Shown piece after piece: positions 51,157 through 58,671 of a stretch of DNA of 64,000 bases. The position numbers were made by a program, and so were the translations under genes. Each line of letters starts with the position of its first letter. The first letter of the stretch is position 1. Origin of the DNA: a virus; IMG/VR virus record IMGVR_UViG_3300044629_000431, positions 1-64,000 of that record. The stretch is one strand, 5' to 3'. The notes below the pieces were generated by a model. The model saw only the letters and a program-made list of their open reading frames with translations. It did not search any database and was not told the DNA's origin.

Positions 51157-51311
51157 CCTTTACCTTGACCCCTATACTTCTTTCGTGCTCCATTGCGAGA
51201 AGACGCGGCATATTTGGTTCCGTTCCCAGTGCCTTGGCGAGATTTCTTAGGAGGTCCAGGAATATAAGACGTGCGCTTATTCAGTCCGCCAGTTTTTGCT
51301 TTTGCAGCCAT
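51153..51311 (-). CDS. Small basic protein (52 aa, ...PKKSRQG.G..TKYAASSRN..RKKYRGQG)
   Basis: Translated by hand; the stop overlaps the next ATG. Confidence 0.7.
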   Translation of the reverse strand: MAAKAKTGGLNKRTSYIPGPPKKSRQGTGNGTKYAASSRNGARKKYRGQGKG

Positions 51312-51478
51312 TGATTATTCTCCAATAAAATTTCAGTTTCAAGATCTTCAGGTCGTGGAGAACCTGTCTGATAAAACTCTATCGACAGATCCTCCATGGT
51401 ATCGAAATATTCTTCCTCTGAAAGCGCAGTATAAATGCGCTTTCCTTTGCACAAAATGTTATAGCGTTCGTTAGCCAT
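51281..51478 (-). CDS. Hypothetical protein (start MANERYNIL)
   Basis: ATG immediately after the glycosyltransferase-like stop; similar to 52284-52445. Confidence 0.65.
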   Translation of the reverse strand: MANERYNILCKGKRIYTALSEEEYFDTMEDLSIEFYQTGSPRPEDLETEILLENNQWLQKQKLAD

Positions 51479-51479
51479 C

Positions 51480-52235
51480 TCAAATGATTCTTGTTTTTTC
51501 GTGACCAACGCGAACGCGAGGATCACACCAGATTTCAAAGCCTGCTTCCTTTGCATCCAAACAGAACGATACGTCTTCTCCACACATGTCCTGTACTTCA
51601 CCAGACTCAAAGACTTGCATCTTCGGTGCAAACCAAGGATACTTCATCTCAGGATGCTCAAAGACTCCTTTCTTAATCAGCAACCATCCAAAACCTGCAT
51701 AGTCAACAGTAAATGGCTTCCGACGCTTTTGAATCGTTTCTACGGTTTCATGATTCATCACACCACCATTGTTACGGAAGTCTTCCTCTTCCATCCAATG
51801 AGCAACAGATGTCGTGACACCATCTTCGGTTGCATACCAACCAGAAGCAATGTCTTGATCCATCAGAACCAGTTGCCAGAACTTTTCAGTATTGAATACA
51901 ATATCACTATCAATCCAAAGTTGCCAGTCATAGTTCAGTTTCCCATCCCAGGGAACCTGATCAGGACCACGCAGAACATTTGCACCCAGACACTTACAAC
52001 GTGCAAAGTTCACCATCGAACTGTAGTCTTGAGAGATCTGAATGCTTGCACCTGCCTGAACAAGATCAAAGCAGAGTTGTACAAAGTTCTTCAGATACGT
52101 GTAAGAAACACCTCTTCCAGGAAGACAGAATACAACTGACTTTCCTCTGACCATTTCTTTTGCCAAGTTGTAGTCCCATTCCTGTTCTTTTGCTACAACT
52201 GGAGTTTTTGCTTTTACGGTAAATCCTTTAGCCAT
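51480..52235 (-). CDS. GT-A fold glycosyltransferase-like protein
   Basis: WIDSD (DxD) motif, G.GW.LI.K.VFE and GED..FC; sigma70 promoter upstream. Confidence 0.72.
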   Translation of the reverse strand: MAKGFTVKAKTPVVAKEQEWDYNLAKEMVRGKSVVFCLPGRGVSYTYLKNFVQLCFDLVQAGASIQISQDYSSMVNFARCKCLGANVLRGPDQVPWDGKLNYDWQLWIDSDIVFNTEKFWQLVLMDQDIASGWYATEDGVTTSVAHWMEEEDFRNNGGVMNHETVETIQKRRKPFTVDYAGFGWLLIKKGVFEHPEMKYPWFAPKMQVFESGEVQDMCGEDVSFCLDAKEAGFEIWCDPRVRVGHEKTRII

Positions 52236-52258
52236 AGAGTTGATAAATTTACATTCAT

Positions 52259-52287
52259 ATCATACAGTATTATCTATGTAAAGTCAA
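52259..52287 (-). promoter_or_regulatory. sigma70-like promoter TTGACT-17-TATGAT
   Basis: Near-consensus boxes at exact 17-bp spacing, upstream of the glycosyltransferase-like gene. Confidence 0.7.
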
Positions 52288-52445
52288 GCAGAGAGTTCTT
52301 GAAAACTTAAGTCTTCTTTGCGGTAGTTTCCAATCAATTCTACAACGTGATTTAACATATCCCAGGTTTGATGAAAGTCTGTTTCAGTAAGATCTTCATA
52401 GATGCATTTCTCTTGAACGTAAATGCAGTAATGCTTTTCATTCAT
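52284..52445 (-). CDS. Hypothetical 53-aa protein (MNEKHYCIYVQEKCIYEDLTETDF...)
   Basis: Translated by hand; paralog-like to 51281-51478. Confidence 0.6.
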   Translation of the reverse strand: MNEKHYCIYVQEKCIYEDLTETDFHQTWDMLNHVVELIGNYRKEDLSFQELSA

Positions 52446-52611
52446 CACGTTCACTTAGAACAACCTCATCACCTTCTATTTTAACACATATCTCAGTATC
52501 TTCATACCATGAGAGTTCATTGATGATTGCTTCTGGTATATTAATAAAGTACTCACCAGTAATTGGATCGACTTGTAGGGGTTGAAAAAATTCTCCGGAG
52601 TTTTTCTTCAT
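52438..52611 (-). CDS. AbrB/MazE-like small DNA-binding protein (start MKKNSGE)
   Basis: GEYFINIPE.I.NEL.W.EDTEI.VKIEGDEVVL matches the swapped-hairpin pattern. Confidence 0.6.
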   Translation of the reverse strand: MKKNSGEFFQPLQVDPITGEYFINIPEAIINELSWYEDTEICVKIEGDEVVLSERDE

Positions 52612-52831
52612 TGAATGTATTATATGATTCGATTTTGTTTTTTTATATAGTACTTTTATACCTTTGATTATATCTCCGGGAAATTTTGAATTCGATGAAT
52701 ATTGATCGCTCGTTTTGGGTCGTTTATAGCTTACAGGGACCCAGAGGATTATAAAACGCCCCCACGCGCCCCGCGCCACGGGGACGCGGCGGGCGGGGGA
52801 ACTGCTGCCCCCCGCACGAACGCACAAGGCG

Positions 52832-53023
52832 TCACCAGGACGGCAGCGCCTCCTGTGCCTCCTGGGCGTGGGTCTCTGAATACTGGGCGGCGATGGCGGT
52901 AGCGGGCAACCCCCAGTGAATGTAGGCGGAGGGGCGGGAACCGTTCTTCAGCTGGTCAGCACGGGAGACCCACTTGATCTGACGGGTCTGGAGGTCAGAG
53001 CACATGCAGAGGGGGAAGCGCAT
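52832..53023 (-). CDS. Small early-region protein
   Basis: Preceded by a TAGGAT -10 box (53047-53052) and a GTTCAACCGACACCCG leader. Confidence 0.6.
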   Translation of the reverse strand: MRFPLCMCSDLQTRQIKWVSRADQLKNGSRPSAYIHWGLPATAIAAQYSETHAQEAQEALPSW

Positions 53024-53064
53024 CGGGTGTCGGTTGAACTGAGAGTATCCTACAGGGTCAGGGG

Positions 53065-53436
53065 TCAGATGGCAAGGGCATCATCGATCCGATCCATCAG
53101 GCGGTCACGGGCAGCGGCGCGACGGTCGGCAGCATACTGGGCAGCAGCGGCGGCAGCGTTGGCATCCTTATCCCCGACCCACTGGCGACCCAGAGAGTTG
53201 ACGGGGTTGAGCGTCCCCATGCGACCAGCACCGATAGCAATGTCACCCGACCCGACGTAAGAACCCTTACCAGCGTCGTGAGTCCCCAGAGCAGAGCGAC
53301 CCGAAGAATTGGTTTTGGTCAGAGCAGAGCGGCGGGTCTTACGGGCGGCAGACTTGAGCACCTTCACCTTAGGGGTCAGACCGTTGGCAGCGAGGTCAGC
53401 AGCGATGGCGGTCAGGTTGGCGGTCGAGCGGGTCAT
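53065..53436 (-). CDS. Basic Ala-rich early protein (start MTRSTANL)
   Basis: Promoter TGC-TACAAT (-10 at 53461-53466) and CAAACGACCC leader. Confidence 0.7.
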   Translation of the reverse strand: MTRSTANLTAIAADLAANGLTPKVKVLKSAARKTRRSALTKTNSSGRSALGTHDAGKGSYVGSGDIAIGAGRMGTLNPVNSLGRQWVGDKDANAAAAAAQYAADRRAAARDRLMDRIDDALAI

Positions 53437-53480
53437 GGGTCGTTTGTTTGAACTGAAAGTATTGTAGCAGGGGGGTCGGG

Positions 53481-53660
53481 TCAGTCGCGGTCGCTGATGT
53501 GCCAGATGCCCCACTGTCCATCCTGCTGGTTGCGAACCCTGATCGCTTCCTGCCGTTGCTGCCAATCATAGGTCTGCCATGCGTCAACCGTAGCGGCAAC
53601 GTCCGAAGGGTCGGAACCGTAGCAGGCATTCCAGATCAGGTTCGCTTCGTCAAGGGTCAT
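53481..53660 (-). CDS. Small early protein (start MTLDEANLIW)
   Basis: TGC-TACAAT (-10 at 53681-53686) and CAAACGACCC leader. Confidence 0.65.
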   Translation of the reverse strand: MTLDEANLIWNACYGSDPSDVAATVDAWQTYDWQQRQEAIRVRNQQDGQWGIWHISDRD

Positions 53661-53691
53661 GGGTCGTTTGCTTTGGGAGTATTGTAGCAGA

Positions 53692-53865
53692 TCAGAGGGC
53701 ATTCAGTTGGGAGGCGATCCGTTCCGCTTCGGCAGGGGTAGCGCAGTGGGCGGCATCATACCAGACCCCAGGCATCAGGCGGCGGCGGATTCGGGCGCCG
53801 TCCGTTCTATAGGTGCCAGGCGCCTTAAGGATCTTATCCAGCAGGGGGAGGCGGGGCAGGAGCAT
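53692..53865 (-). CDS. Small early protein (57 aa, MLLPRLPLLDK...)
   Basis: Translated by hand; TATACT -10 at 53889-53894. Confidence 0.55.
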   Translation of the reverse strand: MLLPRLPLLDKILKAPGTYRTDGARIRRRLMPGVWYDAAHCATPAEAERIASQLNAL

Positions 53866-53935
53866 CGGAGGTCGTCTGAACTGGAATCAGTATAGAAGCA
53901 AAAGGGAGGGGGGATGCCCCTCCGTTGTGCCACTA

Positions 53936-54103
53936 TCAGAATTGGATGGGTTCGGCAGTCGGTGCGCTGATGGCAGCATAGTGGGCGGCGGCATCAGCGA
54001 TGTTTGCGTCTGCCACGTCGTCAGCGATGGAGTCCAGCACCTGCAGGAGTTCGGCACCGTTGGCGGCGCGGTTCAGAAGAGCGGTAGCAAGGTCAGCGGT
54101 CAT
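53936..54103 (-). CDS. Small acidic Ala-rich early protein (MTADLATALLNRAANGAELL...)
   Basis: Its stop codon lies inside palindrome 53926-53949. Confidence 0.65.
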   Translation of the reverse strand: MTADLATALLNRAANGAELLQVLDSIADDVADANIADAAAHYAAISAPTAEPIQF

Positions 54104-54140
54104 GATGGAAGGAAGGTAAAGGGTCAAAGGGTAGGAAGGG

Positions 54141-54317
54141 TCAGGCAGCGATCAGCAGGTCATTCTCCCAGCGGGCAGCGGTCAGGATCTCATCGTAGAT
54201 CCGATCGGCAACCTGGTCAACGTAGCGGCGCTCATCCGCTTTCAGGATGGCAGCGCGGCACTGAGCGGCGATCTCATCAATGTTCAGAGCGCGGTCGGTG
54301 CGGGGGTTGTAGCGCAT
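54141..54317 (-). CDS. Small early protein (58 aa, MRYNPRTDRAL...ENDLLIAA)
   Basis: Translated by hand; TACACT -10 at 54342-54347 and CAAACGACCC leader. Confidence 0.65.
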   Translation of the reverse strand: MRYNPRTDRALNIDEIAAQCRAAILKADERRYVDQVADRIYDEILTAARWENDLLIAA

Positions 54318-54389
54318 GGGTCGTTTGCGGTTGACTTGTTAAGTGTAAGGGGTCAGGTGGGGGGTTGGTGCCCCCCTTGTGCCAGTTGA

Positions 54390-54566
54390 TCAATCGGCAT
54401 AGAGGCGCTGGAAGTCGTCCACAAACTCCCGTGCCTCATCGCCTGACATACGGGAGATCATCTCAGTGGCGATGGTCTCCCAGGAGTAGAGGTCTGCCAG
54501 ATCATAGATGGCGGACCGTGCCTGAGAGGCGGTCAGTTCGGAGGCGGTGATCTGAGCGTAGGTCAT
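54390..54566 (-). CDS. Small early protein (58 aa, MTYAQITASEL...MSGDEAREFVDDF)
   Basis: Translated by hand; TACAAT at 54590-54595; stop inside a palindrome. Confidence 0.65.
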   Translation of the reverse strand: MTYAQITASELTASQARSAIYDLADLYSWETIATEMISRMSGDEAREFVDDFQRLYAD

Positions 54567-54608
54567 GGGGTTTCGGTTGAACTGAAAGTATTGTAAGGGG
54601 TCAGGGGG

Positions 54609-54809
54609 TCAGGCGGCGGTGCTTTGTGCCACTTCCTCATCTGGCACACCGTGAAGAATGTCGATCATCTGCTGGTGGTAAGCATCAGCTTTGACCACTA
54701 CATTGTGAGACTCAGTTACATCCTCAATGTCATACTTTGTGAGTTCCAAAGTATTAATCACAGTGGAGAGGAGATCAGTCAGTGCCTCAATCTTTTGAGC
54801 GTCAGTCAT
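54609..54809 (-). CDS. Small acidic early protein (MTDAQKIEAL...)
   Basis: TACAAT at 54833-54838. Confidence 0.65.
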   Translation of the reverse strand: MTDAQKIEALTDLLSTVINTLELTKYDIEDVTESHNVVVKADAYHQQMIDILHGVPDEEVAQSTAA

Positions 54810-54852
54810 CAGATCCCTTTGCGGTTGATCCTATTGTAGGGGGTGGCGCCCC

Positions 54853-55104
54853 TCAGAACGCCACCAACTGATCCAGATCCCATTGTGGCACACGGGCGAC
54901 CTCATCGATCACGTAGTTGCCGCGATGCTTGCGAATCCAGGCGTTAACGTGCTTCGTGGTGGTGGCGCTCCACTGGTAAGCGGTGCGGATCCAACCCTTG
55001 CCAGGGACGATGGCGGCGACGGGTTGATCATAGGAGAACAGGATGCAGGTCCCGTCTGCCAGGGTCACCTCGGTTTGGTTGCTGCCGACTTGCTGGACTT
55101 TCAT
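54853..55104 (-). CDS. Early protein (83 aa, MKVQQVGSNQTEV...LFSYDQPVAA...SATTTKHVN.W)
   Basis: TACAAT at 55129-55134; carries an SY...S.TT..H motif typical of small phage proteins. Confidence 0.7.
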   Translation of the reverse strand: MKVQQVGSNQTEVTLADGTCILFSYDQPVAAIVPGKGWIRTAYQWSATTTKHVNAWIRKHRGNYVIDEVARVPQWDLDQLVAF

Positions 55105-55139
55105 GTGGTTCGCTTGTGAACTGAGAGTATTGTAAGGGG

Positions 55140-55307
55140 TCAGCGGGCGATCAGGTCGCCTGCAGTGTACAGTGCCTGAGCTGTCACATGGCGGACGGGG
55201 CGAATCGGTTCCCAGAGCAACCACAGCAGCAGAGCACCAACGGTCAGGCGGAGCATGGTAGCACGGTGGAAGTCTGCGGAGCGGGAACGGGTCAGGGCTT
55301 TGATCAT
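55140..55307 (-). CDS. Small putative membrane protein (55 aa, MIKALTRSRS...VGALLLWLLW)
   Basis: Translated by hand; ATGA overlap with the upstream ORF. Confidence 0.6.
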   Translation of the reverse strand: MIKALTRSRSADFHRATMLRLTVGALLLWLLWEPIRPVRHVTAQALYTAGDLIAR

Positions 55308-55450
55308 GGTGCCAGGTGAGCGGGGGAACCACAGGAGCGGTAGAATTCTACCATGCGTTCCGCTTCGTCAAGGGTGGGGAACCATTGCGACCGCCACTCA
55401 CAATTGTTGTAGGGGACCTGGTAGCGGACTTCGTAGCGGGTCAGTGCCAT
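55304..55450 (-). CDS. Small protein (48 aa, MALTRYEVRYQVPYNNCEWRSQWFPTLDEAERMVEFYRSCGSPA)
   Basis: Translated by hand; CATACT -10 at 55531-55536. Confidence 0.65.
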   Translation of the reverse strand: MALTRYEVRYQVPYNNCEWRSQWFPTLDEAERMVEFYRSCGSPAHLAP

Positions 55451-55631
55451 GGGTCGATTGAAATGCTTTGGGGTGGGCAGTCCTCACCTCTGCCCTTGGG
55501 GGGTCCTCTTTCCTCCCCCCTGGTGAACATAGTATGGCACGGGCTGGGGGTCAGATCAACGGGGTCTGTGCCAGTTCAAAAAGTGGCACAGGGTGGCTGG
55601 TCAGGGGGTGCTGGGGCTCTATGATAAGGTC

Positions 55632-55705
55632 ACAAGCGAAGGAGGGGCGGGGTATCCCTGAGGATGAAAAAGGTCGCCACGGGAGCAGCCTTAAATTATA
55701 AAAAG
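55632..55705 (+). ncRNA. Candidate small RNA, copy A (ends approximate)
   Basis: Plus-strand TATGAT (55620-55625) lies 29 bp from palindrome 55567. Core is 44/59 identical to 58680-58738 with no shared reading frame. Confidence 0.45.
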
Positions 55706-55711
55706 CATCGC

Positions 55712-55738
55712 AAAAAAGGGAGGGCGTCACCGCCACCC
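55712..55738 (-). terminator. Probable intrinsic terminator
   Basis: GGGTGGCG-GTGA-CGCCCTCCC imperfect hairpin followed by T6. Confidence 0.5.
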
Positions 55739-55903
55739 CAGAAAGGTGGCAGGGTTGCCATAGTCTGCGATCACAATCCCATTGCAACGGATCTCACAGT
55801 AACCGTAATCCTCAGACAGACTGTAGCACAGATCGTAGGCGCGATCCTCATCAGTGGTCGTGTTCTCCCAGGGAGCGGAGGGGCAGATCACATCGTAACG
55901 CAT
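55727..55903 (-). CDS. Small early protein (58 aa, MRYDVICPSAPWE...)
   Basis: TATACT -10 at 55931-55936. Confidence 0.65.
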   Translation of the reverse strand: MRYDVICPSAPWENTTTDEDRAYDLCYSLSEDYGYCEIRCNGIVIADYGNPATFLGWR

Positions 55904-55979
55904 TCGGTTTGGTTCGTTTGGTATGAAACCAGTATAAGGGGTCAGGCGGCAGGATCGGGGGTGGCAGTGTGCCACCTAT

Positions 55980-56876
55980 TCAACTGGCACACTGAAAGCG
56001 TCCGCTGTTGAAGTTATGATAAGCGAAGACCTCACGATTGACCAGTTTGAACATACCAAACTCATTGGTCATGACATAACCTTCGGCATCAATTCGGTTG
56101 CCGTTAATGTAAGCGGCAGGACCATCATTGCGGCAGAGGAACAAACAATCATCTTTGATAGACTTCACCAATGCCCACAGACGCAGCAGGTTAATGTCAC
56201 AATCAAAGTCTTTGGGGTTGACTTCTTCACCAGCACGAATGCAGGCATTGATCTGTTGTTTGATCTTTGTCGCTTCCTTATCACTCACAAAGGTGGCAGT
56301 GGTTGCCATTTGACGGGCAAAGTTGCAGACCTCTTCAACATCAGCGAACGACTCCTGATTGTGCAGGATGTATGCATTCGGTTTCACGAACTTCACGTGC
56401 TCAGTATCATTCCAGATAGCACGGTCAGGGAATGCAACAGCGTCACGAAGATCGCTCTCAGCATAATAGCAAGTGTGCGGAGCGATGATGATGCTTTGCG
56501 TTACAATGTCACCGAACTGATAGGTAATGGTGTTGGAAGTGTACTCATTCAGTCCACCAAACCCGATGAAGTCTGCCTGATAGATTGTCTCAGTACGGGG
56601 CAGACTATCAAAGCAACAGTGCAGAATCTGTGCAACGTTGCCATCATAAAATGCATCTACCTCTTCGTGAGAGTGAGCAATACGAATCTTTTTCTTGTTA
56701 AAGACTGCTTTGGTGCCCACGAAAAATGTACCCGTGGCAGGGTCAATACCCCACACGATAGCAGGAGCACCATCAATCTTCACAGAAAGATGACCCTTTG
56801 CAGTGAACCAATCAAGAACCGAAAGGTCACCCGTCAGGATGGTATCTTCGGGGTGTTCGAGGTGTGTGTTTTTCAT
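55980..56876 (-). CDS. Conserved phage protein with ligase/nucleotidyltransferase-like motifs (DUF6267-like)
   Basis: HLEHPED, SVKIDGAPA (KxDG), YQADF, EGYV and KLVNR motifs. Confidence 0.65.
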   Translation of the reverse strand: MKNTHLEHPEDTILTGDLSVLDWFTAKGHLSVKIDGAPAIVWGIDPATGTFFVGTKAVFNKKKIRIAHSHEEVDAFYDGNVAQILHCCFDSLPRTETIYQADFIGFGGLNEYTSNTITYQFGDIVTQSIIIAPHTCYYAESDLRDAVAFPDRAIWNDTEHVKFVKPNAYILHNQESFADVEEVCNFARQMATTATFVSDKEATKIKQQINACIRAGEEVNPKDFDCDINLLRLWALVKSIKDDCLFLCRNDGPAAYINGNRIDAEGYVMTNEFGMFKLVNREVFAYHNFNSGRFQCAS

Positions 56877-56937
56877 ACTGTTAGTATTGCACGAAAAAAG
56901 GAGGTCTGCAAGGGGGTGTGTGACAGTTCCTCAACTG

Positions 56938-57297
56938 TCACAAGTCATCCAGATTTACATTTTCCCAACCACTAAAATCAGGTTCTACATCACCCAGAAG
57001 TTGCTGAGCATAATATAACGTGCCACGTTCAAAGTTTCTATCACGAAAATCATCAGTTTGCCCACGATGCTTATACCAACTGAGAACACCGTGACCAACA
57101 TCAGAACGACTCACAATCGCCATATAATGATCATCACACCACACTTCATTCTCTTCTGCCATCTCACGCAATGCGGTGAGAGTTGCACAACACCAGTTGC
57201 GTTCTAGAAAGTTACCATTCTCATCAAAACCACATTTAGGATCATCACCTTCCCAATCTTTCACGAATGTGGAACAACGGGGGCATTTGTAAGTCAT
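56938..57297 (-). CDS. Cys-rich hypothetical protein
   Basis: CPRC...C.F....NWCC motif; has its own promoter cassette. Confidence 0.65.
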   Translation of the reverse strand: MTYKCPRCSTFVKDWEGDDPKCGFDENGNFLERNWCCATLTALREMAEENEVWCDDHYMAIVSRSDVGHGVLSWYKHRGQTDDFRDRNFERGTLYYAQQLLGDVEPDFSGWENVNLDDL

Positions 57298-57364
57298 CAG
57301 ATCCCTTTGTTTGTGATCTTAGTATTGCACGAAAAAAGGGGGGACGCAACCCCCCTTGTGCCAC

Positions 57365-57580
57365 TTATTCAACTGTCACACTCTCAATCAGTTCTTGAAT
57401 CACATCTTCATCATACACATACGAAATCTCAGTGAGAACATCCTCCTCAGATTTACCTGCGAAGTTCTCAACAATCGTATCATACGCAAACTGAATCAAA
57501 CACTTAACGTCCATCTCATCAACAATACGCTCAGCGTAGTTTTCAATGAGTTGGTCAAGTTGTTGGGAAGTGAGAGTCAT
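57365..57580 (-). CDS. Small acidic protein (Y..RIVDEMD.K.L family)
   Basis: 71-aa ORF; stop inside palindrome 57357. Confidence 0.65.
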   Translation of the reverse strand: MTLTSQQLDQLIENYAERIVDEMDVKCLIQFAYDTIVENFAGKSEEDVLTEISYVYDEDVIQELIESVTVE

Positions 57581-57589
57581 GAGTTTGTA

Positions 57590-57769
57590 TCAGTTAGAAG
57601 GAAAGTTACGGCAGACAGCATCACATAGCGTCTTCACCAGTTCCTGTTGTTCTTCATTGTATTCATCACCCCAAGTGTCATAAAAAAAACTTTCGATGAT
57701 ACAATCAATGTCCTCCATGAGTTGTTCACGAGCAGACAACATTTCCAGTTTAGGATTCAATTCAGGCAT
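57590..57769 (-). CDS. Small acidic protein (59 aa, MPELNPKLEML...LCDAVCRNF)
   Basis: Translated by hand; TGATG coupling with the upstream ORF. Confidence 0.6.
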   Translation of the reverse strand: MPELNPKLEMLSAREQLMEDIDCIIESFFYDTWGDEYNEEQQELVKTLCDAVCRNFPSN

Positions 57770-57894
57770 CAGTAATCGTAGTTAGCGTTCAGGTACTCAT
57801 TGACATCGAACTTCTCATCACGAAGTTCAGGAATGTCAAGGTCAAAAATCTCACCGGGCATGTCTTGGATTTCAGACCAGAGTTCATCAAACAT
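57769..57894 (-). CDS. Very acidic 41-aa protein (MFDELWSEIQDMPGEIFDLD...)
   Basis: Translated by hand; promoter TTGCAA-17-TACATT. Confidence 0.6.
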   Translation of the reverse strand: MFDELWSEIQDMPGEIFDLDIPELRDEKFDVNEYLNANYDY

Positions 57895-57973
57895 GGTTTG
57901 TCTCTCAGGGACGAATGTAATGTATCAGGGTCTGGGGGGCATTGCAACCCCCCTTGTGCCACTTGTCAGACTG

Positions 57974-58267
57974 TCACACCAAACAGAATGCGTGGTTTTG
58001 AACAACATTTACCATGACACATTCCTGACGAAACTGTTTCTTATACTCGTCTGCAATGATCAACACTTCATCCAACATTTCCTCAGAGATAACAGTGAGA
58101 ATACGAACCTTTTCGTATTCACCATTCCAACAACCATAACCCTCAGTGAGTGTAAACCCCGTCAGGTTTTCTTGAATGATTTCTTTCAAAAACGAAGAGA
58201 ACATTACTGCATTCACTTCACCTGCATCAGGAATGTTTGCACCGAAGTAAACAGTGGTGGTGAACAT
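57974..58267 (-). CDS. DUF3574-like protein, candidate phage SAM lyase
   Basis: FG.NIP, GFT....G.W.G..E and IA.EYK.QF.Q.CV motif pattern. Confidence 0.55.
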   Translation of the reverse strand: MFTTTVYFGANIPDAGEVNAVMFSSFLKEIIQENLTGFTLTEGYGCWNGEYEKVRILTVISEEMLDEVLIIADEYKKQFRQECVMVNVVQNHAFCLV

Positions 58268-58335
58268 TGAAGTTTCTCAACTGTGGTTAGAATACACGAA
58301 ACCAGGGACCTTGCAACATACCCTGTGACACTTTC

Positions 58336-58551
58336 TCAACTGGCACTCTTCATGTAGATACGGTCCATAATGCACAATGAAAGGTCAAAACGAATGTCAT
58401 CATCAACATCACCCATCTTTGCCTGAATAGCATCAGGAATGATCTCTTGCATAAAGTCTACCCAACGTTCATCAGCAAAAATATAATCAACCACTTCAGG
58501 GGTCAAAGCATCAGCGAGTTTCTGAATAGTTTGGTTGGAGAGAGTCATCAA
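58336..58551 (-). CDS. Small early protein (LS..TI.KLADAL..EV family)
   Basis: Stop inside palindrome 58324; has its own promoter cassette. Confidence 0.65.
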   Translation of the reverse strand: MMTLSNQTIQKLADALTPEVVDYIFADERWVDFMQEIIPDAIQAKMGDVDDDIRFDLSLCIMDRIYMKSAS

Positions 58552-58671
58552 AACCTCACGAACAAATGTACACTAACCCATCACCTGGTAGGTTGCAACC
58601 ACCCTTGTGCCACTAGACAAACTGGCACAAGACCCCTTGATCGGGACCATCTGCCGTGATATCTTATAACA

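Noticed and set aside
55406-55449. Apparent extra promoter cassette (TACAAC plus an AGTGCCA half-site)
   Set aside because: It lies inside the 48-aa ORF 55304-55450, has only one half-site and a poor -10 box.
55657-55670. CTGAGGA-T-GAAA resembling a hammerhead ribozyme core
   Set aside because: There is no stem II between the core segments, and copy B reads CTGTAGA.
52438-55975. Long upstream extensions of ORF-track calls (starts at 52827, 53565, 53702, 54127, 55332, 55975)
   Set aside because: They run through promoters or neighbouring genes; downstream ATGs fit the leaders better.
55664-56975. Plus-strand ORFs 55664-56011 and 56016-56975
   Set aside because: They are antisense to better-supported genes, and the ATG at 55664 is ACG in the homologous copy.
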